From: Gemmatimonadota bacterium
Lineage (GTDB): Bacteria > Gemmatimonadota > Gemmatimonadetes > Gemmatimonadales > Gemmatimonadaceae
Direction of reading: 5' to 3'
Assembly (NCBI GenBank): GCA_031372565.1
Contig: JANMLN010000062.1
Coordinates: 1 to 16,878 of the forward strand
Length of the DNA stretch: 16,878 nucleotides
Both the position numbers and the translations under genes were made by a program. The notes beneath the pieces were generated by a model, which did no database searches, was not told the origin of the DNA, and worked only from the letters and a program-made list of their open reading frames with translations. This document shows positions 1-8,266 of the stretch, one piece after another. Positions within the stretch are counted from its first letter, which is position 1; each line of letters starts with the position of its first letter.

Positions 1-93
1 GGTCACGAACGGCTGCGTGCACGCGCTGCTGCCAGGCGGGCTCGGTGAGGAGGGCGGCAATCACACCCATCTGGCGGGGTCCGGTGGGAGCCG

Positions 94-109
94 AGTGACG
101 TTGGTCACA
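94..109. promoter_or_regulatory. CRP/FNR-family-like palindromic box upstream of the pilin cassette
   Basis: AGTGA-cgttgg-TCACA is a 9/10 match to TGTGA-N6-TCACA. A weaker copy, TGTGA-taggcc-CCACC, lies at 128-143 in the same relatively AT-rich leader. Confidence 0.45.
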
Positions 110-223
110 GGGTAAGATAACGTTAGTTGTGATAGGCCCCACCGATGGCGTGACAGCGCCGCGGTTACGCTGAAGCCAAGTTATCCGTATACCATCGGAC
201 GATCGCTTTCCCCTGATTCCGCC

Positions 224-832
224 ATGCCTGCCCAAGCCCAAGACGCGCGAGCGACCGCAGCGGCACACGCCGCCCCCTCCCGACGGGGTGGCTTCACGCT
301 GCTCGAGATCCTGGTGACGATGGCGCTCGTGAGCATCATGATGGGCGTCGCCTTCATCCGGCTCGACCCACGGCGGAATCAGGCCGATGCGGCGGCACAG
401 GTGATGCGCACGGTGATGGAGCAAGCGATGCGCAACTCGGTGCAGCGCCAATACAACATCATGGTGTCCTTCGATGTGGGCGGCAACCGGCTCCGCTACG
501 TGGAGGACGTGAACAACAACAACGTGGCGGATGTGGGGGAGCGGATCCTGTGGAAGCCGCTCGAGAACGACATGCGGTTCGCCGCGCCGCCAGCGGTGGT
601 CAGCGGCAGCTACGCGCCCGCCCCGGTGATCGGCGGCAACCTGCGAACGATCGACGGGATGCCCACGGTGATTGCGCGCCGGTCGGGGGCGCTGTCCACC
701 GACATGCAGGTCTTCATCACGTCGTTGCGCGGTGGCAATGCCGACTTCCGGTCGATGGTGGTCGCGCAGCCAACGGGGCGCGTCGAGATGTTCACGTATG
801 GAGGGAACACATGGACCGTGATGTACAAGTGA
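224..832 (+). CDS. Type IV prepilin-like protein, FimT/FimU/GspH-like minor (pseudo)pilin
   Basis: Class III signal RRGG|FTLLEILVTMALVSIMMGVAF with Glu+5 and a hydrophobic helix. Contains the DVNNNNVADVGE loop typical of FimT/GspH-like proteins. First gene of the cassette. Confidence 0.85.
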   Translation: MPAQAQDARATAAAHAAPSRRGGFTLLEILVTMALVSIMMGVAFIRLDPRRNQADAAAQVMRTVMEQAMRNSVQRQYNIMVSFDVGGNRLRYVEDVNNNNVADVGERILWKPLENDMRFAAPPAVVSGSYAPAPVIGGNLRTIDGMPTVIARRSGALSTDMQVFITSLRGGNADFRSMVVAQPTGRVEMFTYGGNTWTVMYK

Positions 833-1218
833 CGCCGGCTCCACGGGCGCGGCGCGGCATGTCGATGATCGAAGTCGTGGTCGCGGTGCTCATCCTCGGC
901 GGGGCGTTGCTCTCGATGGGCATGTTCGTGACGAACTACACGCGGGCCACGCGCTCGACGAACTCGCGGGCGATGGCGGGGCAGCTGGTGTCGAGCCGCC
1001 TCGAGCAGATCAAGAGTTGGAACAACTATTACACCCTGATCAGCCAGTTCACGATCACGGAGTCGCAGGTCCGGCCCGGATACGACCGACGCACGTACAC
1101 CCTGCAAGTCGGTGGCAATTCAGGCTCGAAGCAGGACCACATCCTCGTGACGGTCGCCGTGTACGGCAAGGCGATTCCGGACACGATCAAGAACACGATC
1201 GCCATTCCCCGATTCTGA
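829..1218 (+). CDS. Type IV prepilin-like protein, PilV/GspI-like minor pilin (129 aa)
   Basis: 3' part of track ORF 550..1218. GTG start at 829 overlaps the previous stop (GTGA). Signal RRG|MSMIEVVVAVLILGGALLSM. Small size and second position fit PilV/GspI. Confidence 0.85.
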   Translation: MTPAPRARRGMSMIEVVVAVLILGGALLSMGMFVTNYTRATRSTNSRAMAGQLVSSRLEQIKSWNNYYTLISQFTITESQVRPGYDRRTYTLQVGGNSGSKQDHILVTVAVYGKAIPDTIKNTIAIPRF

Positions 1219-2378
1219 TGATGATGCCACGCGAACCTCGATTGCGTCTCCGGCGCGGCTTCACGCTGCTCGAGCTCGTGGTCGCGATGACGATCTTCCT
1301 CGTCATCCTGAGCTTCAGCCTGCCGTTCTTCAATTCCCAGTCGCGCGCGGTCTCGCGTGCGAGTGGCCAGGGCGACATGGTCCGCGGCCTCCAGTTCGCG
1401 ATCGCACAGCTCGACCGCGACTTGCGCATGGCGGGTGCGGGGACCTACGCGCAACAGCCCATGCTGGTGCAGCTCGCACCCTTGGCCATCTCGTTCAACG
1501 TCAACTCCTCGAGCCCCGACTCCGCCGACGTGCGCGCGGTGTACTGGGACCCCGACGCGGATCCGCTCACGCAGACCTCGCTCACGACCGGTACCAAGGT
1601 CGTGCTGCCAACGTCGGGAACGAAGACCTACCCGGACACGAACTACGTCATCGGTGGCGTGCGGAGCCCGGCCGAGACCATCTCGTACTGGTTCTCCGCC
1701 GATTCGAGCACCGCGCGCACCAACGACTTCATCATGTGGCGCCGCGAGAACACGGCGAACCCCACCATCGTGGTGAAGGGCATCATCATTCCGGCGGGCA
1801 CCGCCGTCTTCAGTTACGTGAAGTCGGACACCGGTGGCAACATCAGCACGATCTCCTCCTCGCTGCTGCCGCGCTACCATACGGCCCTCATCCATGGCTC
1901 GCCGTCCGACACCGGGCTCGGCGCGGTGATCGACTCGGTGCGCATCGTGAACGTCCGGCTCACGGGCTCGTACGATGACGCCCGATTCGGCTCGCGGACG
2001 GACTCGGTCACCGCCAACATCCGGGTCGCCAACTCCGGCTTGGCCAACCGGCTCACCTGCGGCGACGTGCCGCTGTTCGGACGCACGGTGACGGCGACGC
2101 TGCTGCTCTCCCCCCTTCGCGTCAGGCTCACGTGGTCGCCGGCGGTCGACGAGACGGCCGGTGAACGCGACATCGAGCAGTACGCGATCTTCCGGCGCGT
2201 GCCGTCCGCGACGTCGTTCGACGAGCCCTTCGCGTCGCTTGCGGCCGGACTTGGCACCTACACCTACTTCGATGCCAACGTGGCGTCGGGTGAGCAATGG
2301 GTGTACGGCGTGGCGGCCATGGACTGCAGCCCTGCACTCTCGTCGGTCAGCACGACCCTCCAGATCAACGTCCCATGA
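1218..2378 (+). CDS. Type IV prepilin-like protein, PilW/GspJ-like, with C-terminal fibronectin type III-like domain (~386 aa)
   Basis: ATG at 1218 overlaps the previous stop (TGATG); alternative ATGs at 1221 and 1224. Signal RRG|FTLLELVVAM. LDRDLRMAG motif typical of PilW. C-terminal VRLTWSP...YAIFRR...YTYFD..V..G..WVYGVAAMD pattern is FN3-like. Confidence 0.85.
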   Translation: MMMPREPRLRLRRGFTLLELVVAMTIFLVILSFSLPFFNSQSRAVSRASGQGDMVRGLQFAIAQLDRDLRMAGAGTYAQQPMLVQLAPLAISFNVNSSSPDSADVRAVYWDPDADPLTQTSLTTGTKVVLPTSGTKTYPDTNYVIGGVRSPAETISYWFSADSSTARTNDFIMWRRENTANPTIVVKGIIIPAGTAVFSYVKSDTGGNISTISSSLLPRYHTALIHGSPSDTGLGAVIDSVRIVNVRLTGSYDDARFGSRTDSVTANIRVANSGLANRLTCGDVPLFGRTVTATLLLSPLRVRLTWSPAVDETAGERDIEQYAIFRRVPSATSFDEPFASLAAGLGTYTYFDANVASGEQWVYGVAAMDCSPALSSVSTTLQINVP

Positions 2379-4627
2379 GGTCCTCCATGCCCTCCTCTCT
2401 GCCTGCTCGCCCGATCGTCCGCGCGCGACGTGGCGTTGCGCTCATCCTGACGATCATCCTCACGGTGGCATTCGCCGCGCTGGCGATGGGTGCCATCTAC
2501 ATGACGGGGAACGCCCAACTCATCAGTTCCTCGTACGATCGCGAGCGCGACTACCGGTACGGCGCCGAGGCCGCCCTCGGGATCGCGAAGAGTCAGCTGA
2601 ACGGTGGCCTGTTCGTGCTCCCGGACAGCCAGTTCTCGACCATCATGAGTGGCGCGACGATCACTGGAGCCGATGGGCTGCCGCTGTCGCGCGTGCTGAT
2701 CAACCTGTACGCCGGGCCCACCGGCTCGACGTCGGGCCAGGATGGCACCTTCGGCTCGATCGTGGCCGAGGCCACCGACGGTTCCGGCGCACGCTACGTC
2801 CGGCGCCTCGAGTTGACCCAGGAGACCTTCGCCAAATTCGCGTACTTCTCCGTGAACGAGAACACCGCGACGTCGGGCACCATCTTCTTCGGCGGCGGCG
2901 ACATCATCTACGGGCCGATGTTCACCAACGACACGATCAACATCTCGTCGTCGGGCGGCTGTCCCACGGTGAGTTTCCGCGACCAGGTGCAGACGACGCG
3001 GATCGTGAACAATGCGACCTGCGGCAGCTTCTCGTCGTTCGGGTACCAGACGAACATGCAGGCCATCCCGCTGCCCCCGAACGCCAAGCTCGCAATCCTC
3101 GCCAACTACGCAACGCCGGCCAACTTCCTGTTCACGGCGCGGCCCGCCCTCCCGCAGGTCACGCCGCCGGGCGGGGCGATCTACAATCCGCCCGACACGA
3201 CGTACGAGGTGCAGACGCGCATCGAGTTCGTGAACCACGATATCGCCAGCGATGGCTCGCTCAACGACCCCGATGACGGCTTCTTCCGCGTGTACGAAAC
3301 GCTCGCGGCACCGCTGACCGCGGCGCTCGGCGGAACGCCGGATTCGCTCGTGCCCATCAATTACGCCGATCCCGGCACCTGGGTCCGCGCCGACCCCCCG
3401 GTCGTCTGGAGTGGCCCGATGTCCAGTGCGCCAACCGGCAACTCATACACGACCTACTGGTTCGGCGTGAACAAGCGCATGGTCAACAACTGCGGCGACT
3501 GGCATACCACGGGCACGGGTGCGTCGCGCATGCGGAGGTTCTTTCCGATCGCGCTGCACCGTCCATCCGTCACGTGGCTCAACACGCTGCTGACCACCAG
3601 CTCCGGCGGCGGCGGCGCCGGCATGAGCGCTCCCAACGCGACCACGCACCTGGCCTCGAACGTCACCACCTTGATGACCAACGCCGTGGGTGGTGCGGGC
3701 GCCATGAATGAGGGGGTCCAGCGCTGCTACCTGGGCGGTGCGCCGCAACTCGTCGCCATCGAGCGATACGGCGTGACCGGGTACTCGTCCGCCGCCTGGC
3801 AGAAGGGCGGTGATGACACCACCTTCACACCGACCGGCCGGTGGGGGCGGTGGCGCACCTATCCGGGCACGGTCGATGGACGCCTGACGTCGGGGGCGGC
3901 GGCTCGCCCGGACGCCGCCAACCTCTTTCCGATCTTCCGCGGCATCAACACCCAGTCGCGTGGTGTGATCGTCGTGCGCGGATCCGTCGGCGTCAGCGGA
4001 ACCCTGCGCGGGCGGATCACGCTGTATGCGGATACCGGGCAGGTGGTCGTTCTCGACAACATGCGCTACGCCATCGCGCCGGCGAATCCCGATTGCCTCA
4101 GCGAGCGCGACATCCTCGGCATCATTTCGGGACGACACACTATGCTGGCGGCGAATACGCTGCTCGATCCGCAATGGATGGGAACGAGCAGCACGTACAG
4201 CAACAGCAGCAATCTCTGGCGCTCGTTCAACCCCGGACCGCCCGGCACGTCACCGACGTCGGCCACGACCACGGGCGTCACGCTTCACGCCGTCGTCATG
4301 ACGCTCAACAACGCCTTCAAGGTCGAAGGGTTCCGCGGCGGGGCGGTGCAGAGCGTCACGGGCATGTGCAATACCAGCAACTCCGGGCGCGGGTGCCTCA
4401 ACCTCACCGGTGGCCTGCTCATGGACACCCGCGGTATCGTGGCGCTCACCGGACTCACGGGCTACGTGAAGCGCTACGCCTACGATCGGTGTGCGGCCTC
4501 ACGCCCACCCCCGTACTTCCCGACCACCGGCCGGTTTGCGGACAACCGCTTCTACGAGATCGATCCGGTCAAGTTCAACCAGCTCGGCGTGGGAGGCTAC
4601 TTCGCGGGACTTGCGGCTGGCCCGTGA
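2375..4627 (+). CDS. Large PilX/GspK-like prepilin (~750 aa), putative pilus-tip protein
   Basis: ATG at 2375 overlaps the previous stop (ATGA). RRG|VALILTIILTVAFAALAMG lacks Glu+5, a PilX/GspK hallmark. YGAEAAL resembles the PilX N-terminal motif. The long Thr/Ser/Gly/Asn-rich body has 8 Cys and ends GYVKRYAYD...PPPYFP. Confidence 0.8.
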   Translation: MRSSMPSSLPARPIVRARRGVALILTIILTVAFAALAMGAIYMTGNAQLISSSYDRERDYRYGAEAALGIAKSQLNGGLFVLPDSQFSTIMSGATITGADGLPLSRVLINLYAGPTGSTSGQDGTFGSIVAEATDGSGARYVRRLELTQETFAKFAYFSVNENTATSGTIFFGGGDIIYGPMFTNDTINISSSGGCPTVSFRDQVQTTRIVNNATCGSFSSFGYQTNMQAIPLPPNAKLAILANYATPANFLFTARPALPQVTPPGGAIYNPPDTTYEVQTRIEFVNHDIASDGSLNDPDDGFFRVYETLAAPLTAALGGTPDSLVPINYADPGTWVRADPPVVWSGPMSSAPTGNSYTTYWFGVNKRMVNNCGDWHTTGTGASRMRRFFPIALHRPSVTWLNTLLTTSSGGGGAGMSAPNATTHLASNVTTLMTNAVGGAGAMNEGVQRCYLGGAPQLVAIERYGVTGYSSAAWQKGGDDTTFTPTGRWGRWRTYPGTVDGRLTSGAAARPDAANLFPIFRGINTQSRGVIVVRGSVGVSGTLRGRITLYADTGQVVVLDNMRYAIAPANPDCLSERDILGIISGRHTMLAANTLLDPQWMGTSSTYSNSSNLWRSFNPGPPGTSPTSATTTGVTLHAVVMTLNNAFKVEGFRGGAVQSVTGMCNTSNSGRGCLNLTGGLLMDTRGIVALTGLTGYVKRYAYDRCAASRPPPYFPTTGRFADNRFYEIDPVKFNQLGVGGYFAGLAAGP

Positions 4628-4651
4628 TCGGAGCTCTGAATACCTGATACG

Positions 4652-4688
4652 CGACGGCCCGCACAGCGAGATGCTGCGCGGGCCGTCG
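4652..4688. terminator. GC-rich hairpin between convergent genes, probable bidirectional terminator
   Basis: CGACGGCCCGC-A-CAGC-gagat-GCTG-C-GCGGGCCGTCG forms an 11 bp + 4 bp stem with one mismatch. It lies between the stops at 4627 (+) and 4706 (-). No clear U-tract. Confidence 0.65.
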
Positions 4689-4705
4689 TCATGTCCAGCG
4701 CAACC

Positions 4706-5356
4706 TCAGCGTGACGACGACTTCATGGCCTCCGCCGTGATGCCGAACGGGAGCGTGGCCTGCGTCTCGTCGCGGCGCGGGACCACGTGACACGCGCGGC
4801 AGCGGGCTTCGTACGACTCGTGGCCGCCCACCATGATGGTCGGCGAATCCCAGTGCGCGGGGCGCCCTTCGATGAGACGCTGGTTCCGGCTGGCAGGACC
4901 GCCGCACAGCACGCAGATCGCGTGCAACTTGTCGACGATCTCCGCCGTGGCCATCAACTGCGGCATCGGCCCGAACGGCTCCCCACGGAAGTCGGTGTCG
5001 GTACCGGCGAGAATCACCCGGCGCCCACGCCCGGCCAGGTCCGCGGCCAGCGCCACGATCCCGGCGTCGAGGAACTGCGCCTCGTCGATCGCGATGACCT
5101 GCGCCATCGGATCGATGCGCTGACTGATCTGCAGCGACGAATCGACCGGAATCGCCTCCGCCGAGCGCCCGTCGTGGCTCGACACGGCGAAGAGACCGGC
5201 GTACCGCTGGTCCAGATGCGACTTGAACAGCTGCACGCGCTTGCGCGCGATCGTGGCGCGCCGCACGCGGCGCAACATCTCCTCGCTCTTGCCGCTGAAC
5301 ATCACGCCGGCCACGACCTCGATCCAACCGCCGGTGATCTGGAAGCTGCCCGACAT
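4706..5356 (-). CDS. tdk: Thymidine kinase (TK1-like)
   Basis: P-loop [31 protein letters not shown], zinc ligands CVLC and CRAC, and lasso region [12 protein letters not shown]. Confidence 0.96.
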   Translation of the reverse strand: MSGSFQITGGWIEVVAGVMFSGKSEEMLRRVRRATIARKRVQLFKSHLDQRYAGLFAVSSHDGRSAEAIPVDSSLQISQRIDPMAQVIAIDEAQFLDAGIVALAADLAGRGRRVILAGTDTDFRGEPFGPMPQLMATAEIVDKLHAICVLCGGPASRNQRLIEGRPAHWDSPTIMVGGHESYEARCRACHVVPRRDETQATLPFGITAEAMKSSSR

Positions 5357-5359
5357 GCG

Positions 5360-6946
5360 CTACTCTCCGCGTGGCGGCTTCTTGGCTCGGCGCATGGCCT
5401 CGCCACGATCGGCCCACTCTCCGCGGCTTCCCCCCTCGGCCGGTCCGCGCGCATCGCGCACGGGCCCACGCGGGCTCGCACCGTCGCGATCACCGAACTT
5501 GCCACCGCGCGCCGGTCGTGCGCCGCGCTCCCCGCGATCCGCGAACTTGCCGCCGCGCGGCGGGCCGCTGTCGCGCTCGCCGAACTTCCGACCGCGCGGC
5601 GGACCGCTGTCGCGCTCGCCGAACTTGGGGCGTGCCGGTCGATCGCCGCGCGGCGGTCCGTCGCCTCGTGGCGCGCGGTCCGGCCGATCGCTGAACTTGG
5701 GGCGCGAGGGCCGATCACCGCGCGGTGGGCCGTCGCCGCGCGGTGCGCGGTCGGAACGTTCACTGAAGCGCGGACGCGCGGTGCGATCACCACGCTCGGC
5801 GCCCTCGCCCGGAGCGGCGACGGCCGCGACCTTCGCCGCCAATCGCTGCGCGGTCACGAAGGCACGCTCCCGTTCGAGAATGCGGACGGCGGCCGCGGCA
5901 ATCGCGATGCCATCATGCTGGCCGAGCAGCGGCGCAATGACCTGCACCTCCCGGAGCGGCGCACCGGTGGTCAGTTCGCGTTCGAGCTCGCCGCGCAGCA
6001 GCGCATCGCGGCGTCGAATCGTTTCGAGCGGCGTCGGCAGGTCGACCGGCACCAAGGCGCCGCCGGCCAATGCAGCGAGGCGCACGCGCTCGCTCGCCTC
6101 GTGCAGCACGACCAGGCGTACCGGCGAGGTCGCGGCAAGCGTCGCGAGCTGCGCCGCATCGACCGGCAGGGTCCAGCAGACGAGCAATGCGACGTGGTCG
6201 GGGACCGCATCGGTCATGACCACCGCCGCGAGCGGTTCCACGCCGCTCAGTCCAACCGGCGCGAGCGCGCCGCGCGCCTCGCGCGCCTCGGCCTCCGAGG
6301 CGACCACGATGGCCGCGGAGGGCGGGTCGAACGCGTCGAGCAGGGCGCGGAGCGCGGTCGGGCGCGCGCCGGCGCCGACAGTCAGCCCCGACACCGGGAC
6401 CGCCGTCCCGGCGGCAGAGGAGATCGGCTGTTCACGACGCGCCCGACGCAGGTGGCGCTCGGCAAACGACGCCAGCGCCTCCGTCTCGGTTGCGGCCGTC
6501 GCGATCCGCAGCGCCTCAGCGGGCACCTCGGCCAGCAACGCGTCGAGCGAATCGACGTCGCGCTCGAGGAGCACGTCGGCGCCGGCAATCACGACAACGG
6601 CGACGGCGTCGAGCTTGAGCTGCGCGCCTCGCACCAGCGTGGCCACGTCGGTCAACGACGCAGCGACCACCGACGGGGCGGCATGTGCCAGCAAGCGACC
6701 GCCGCGGTGGCTGCTCGTGAACGCCGACAGAATCCCCGGCAACAGCTCCGCTGCCTCGACGCCGAGCGCCGCATCGGGGACGACCACCAGCGCCTGGACA
6801 CCGGCGGTGCCGGCCTGCACGCGCGGGAGGGCCGGAGAGAGCGCGGCCACGACGGTGCGGGCGTCGAGCGGGGCGATATGGAGCACGGGCTGCGCGCGGG
6901 GCGCGGCGGCCGGCGGATCAAGCGGCAAACTGGTCACGGAGGGCAC
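5360..6946 (-). CDS. Degenerate DEAD-box-helicase-like protein (probable pseudoenzyme) with repetitive Arg/Gly/Pro-rich C-terminal tail
   Basis: DEAD domain-1 scaffold is recognisable: QALVVVPD (motif Ia region), LVRGAQLKLDAVAVVVIAGADVLL (motif II position reads AGAD), IATAAT (motif III region), FAERHLRR. No Walker A GKT or HRxGRxGR seen. Stop is 3 nt before the tdk start. The GTG start is uncertain. Confidence 0.7.
   Translation of the reverse strand: MPSVTSLPLDPPAAAPRAQPVLHIAPLDARTVVAALSPALPRVQAGTAGVQALVVVPDAALGVEAAELLPGILSAFTSSHRGGRLLAHAAPSVVAASLTDVATLVRGAQLKLDAVAVVVIAGADVLLERDVDSLDALLAEVPAEALRIATAATETEALASFAERHLRRARREQPISSAAGTAVPVSGLTVGAGARPTALRALLDAFDPPSAAIVVASEAEAREARGALAPVGLSGVEPLAAVVMTDAVPDHVALLVCWTLPVDAAQLATLAATSPVRLVVLHEASERVRLAALAGGALVPVDLPTPLETIRRRDALLRGELERELTTGAPLREVQVIAPLLGQHDGIAIAAAAVRILERERAFVTAQRLAAKVAAVAAPGEGAERGDRTARPRFSERSDRAPRGDGPPRGDRPSRPKFSDRPDRAPRGDGPPRGDRPARPKFGERDSGPPRGRKFGERDSGPPRGGKFADRGERGARPARGGKFGDRDGASPRGPVRDARGPAEGGSRGEWADRGEAMRRAKKPPRGE
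5542..5764 (-). repeat. In-frame tandem repeats: 2 x 39 bp (5542-5619) and 2 x 72 bp (5621-5764)
   Basis: They encode two KFGERDSGPPRG(R/G) units and two 24-aa units of the type S(E/D)R(S/P)DRAPRGDGPPRGDRP(S/A)RPKF. The copies differ mostly at synonymous positions. Confidence 0.9.
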
Positions 6947-7036
6947 GGACGTGAGAAATGGCGCGGCCTTTGCCGCGACGGTAATTTGTCAATCCAGAAA
7001 GGTAGCGCCGTCCCGCCTCTCGCTCCATCCGCCTTG

Positions 7037-8263
7037 ATGACGACCGTCGTCCCGCCCCGCCTGTTTACGCCGTCGGCCAACATCGCCCTGCTGCAGGAAT
7101 CGGCCACGATCGCCGCGTCGGCCCGCGCCAAGGCCCTCAAGGCGCAGGGGAAGCCGATCATCGATCTCGGCGTCGGCGAGCCGGATTTCGACACCCCCGC
7201 CTTCATTCGGGATGCGGCCAAGGCGGCGCTGGACAACGGCGCCACGCGCTACACCGCGACCGAGGGGATCCTGCCGCTTCGGGAGCAGATCGCCCGGCAC
7301 GCCAACAAGCGCAAGGCGGCCGACCTCGCCGATGTCGTGGCCAATGAGGTCGTCGTCGGGGCGGGCACCAAGCAGGCGCTGTTCAACGCCTGCTTTTGCC
7401 TCTTCGGTCCCGGCGACGACGTGCTGGTGCCGACGCCGGCCTGGACGAGCTACTTCGAGATGGTGACACTCTCGCGCGCCAACCCCGTGGCGGTGATGGG
7501 TCGGCCCGAGGACAACCTGCTCACCGACGCCGAGACGCTGGCCCGGGCCGCGACCCCTGCGACCAAGGGGTTGATGATCAACTCGCCGTGCAATCCGACG
7601 GCGGCGGTCTACGACGTGGAGCGCTTTCGCGATATCCTCACGCTCGCGCACGAGCGCGGCTGGTGGGTCGTTTCCGACGAGATCTATCGGCGGTTGTCGT
7701 ACGATTTCCCGGCGGCGTCCGCCCTCGAACTCGCGCCGTCGCGCGAGCGACTGGTCATCGTGGATGGCGTGGCCAAGTCGTACGCCATGACCGGGTGGCG
7801 TATCGGCTGGGCGATCGCGCCACGGCCCGTGGCACATGCGATCGCCAGCTTCCAGTCGCATACCACCTCGAATGCCGCGACCGTGTCGCAACACGCCGCG
7901 CTGGCCGCGCTGACGCGTGACGACCTGGCCGAGCCGGCCATCGACGCCATGATCGCCGAGTTCAAGGTGCGGCGCGACGCCTGCCTGGCGATCCTGGCCG
8001 AGGGACCATCGCCCGCCGTGGTGCACCCGGCCGGCGCCTTCTACCTGTTCCTCGACGTCAGCGGCGCGGCGACTGGCCCCGATGGCGCCGGTGCGGCCTT
8101 CGCCTCCCGTCTGCTCGAGGAACATCACGTGTCGTGCGTGGGAGGGAACGCCTTCGGGGCGCCGGACTACCTCCGCATGTCCACCGCGGCACCGCTCAAG
8201 GACGTGACGGAAGGACTGCGTCGCATCATCGCGCTCTGGCGAGCGGGCACCGGTCAGGCATAG
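7037..8263 (+). CDS. aspC: PLP-dependent aminotransferase class I/II (aspartate aminotransferase-like, 408 aa)
   Basis: 3' part of track ORF 4787..8263. Motifs GVGEPDFDTP, YTATEGILPLR, GAGTKQAL, NSPCNPT, SDEIY, and the PLP-lysine motif DGVAKSYAMTGWRIG. Substrate specificity cannot be determined from sequence alone. Confidence 0.9.
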   Translation: MTTVVPPRLFTPSANIALLQESATIAASARAKALKAQGKPIIDLGVGEPDFDTPAFIRDAAKAALDNGATRYTATEGILPLREQIARHANKRKAADLADVVANEVVVGAGTKQALFNACFCLFGPGDDVLVPTPAWTSYFEMVTLSRANPVAVMGRPEDNLLTDAETLARAATPATKGLMINSPCNPTAAVYDVERFRDILTLAHERGWWVVSDEIYRRLSYDFPAASALELAPSRERLVIVDGVAKSYAMTGWRIGWAIAPRPVAHAIASFQSHTTSNAATVSQHAALAALTRDDLAEPAIDAMIAEFKVRRDACLAILAEGPSPAVVHPAGAFYLFLDVSGAATGPDGAGAAFASRLLEEHHVSCVGGNAFGAPDYLRMSTAAPLKDVTEGLRRIIALWRAGTGQA

Positions 8264-8266
8264 TCG

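Noticed and set aside
1216..1226. TGATGATGATG run as a phase-variable tract
   Set aside because: A trinucleotide unit cannot shift frame. It is explained by the stop/start overlap.
550..2374. Longer starts given by the ORF track (550, 1017, 2297)
   Set aside because: They overlap upstream genes extensively. Prepilin signals and stop/start overlaps support 829, 1218 and 2375.
5542..5764. Repeats as a possible CRISPR array
   Set aside because: Direct tandem units in multiples of 3 within a CDS, with no unique spacers and no cas genes.
6987..6992. Perfect TTGACA on the minus strand
   Set aside because: No -10-like hexamer at 16-18 bp spacing; that position is GC-rich.
4787..7036. Apparent 750-aa N-terminal extension making a 1158-aa aminotransferase fusion
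   Set aside because: It is the antisense shadow of tdk and the helicase-like gene in high-GC DNA. Aminotransferase similarity starts at about ATG 7037.
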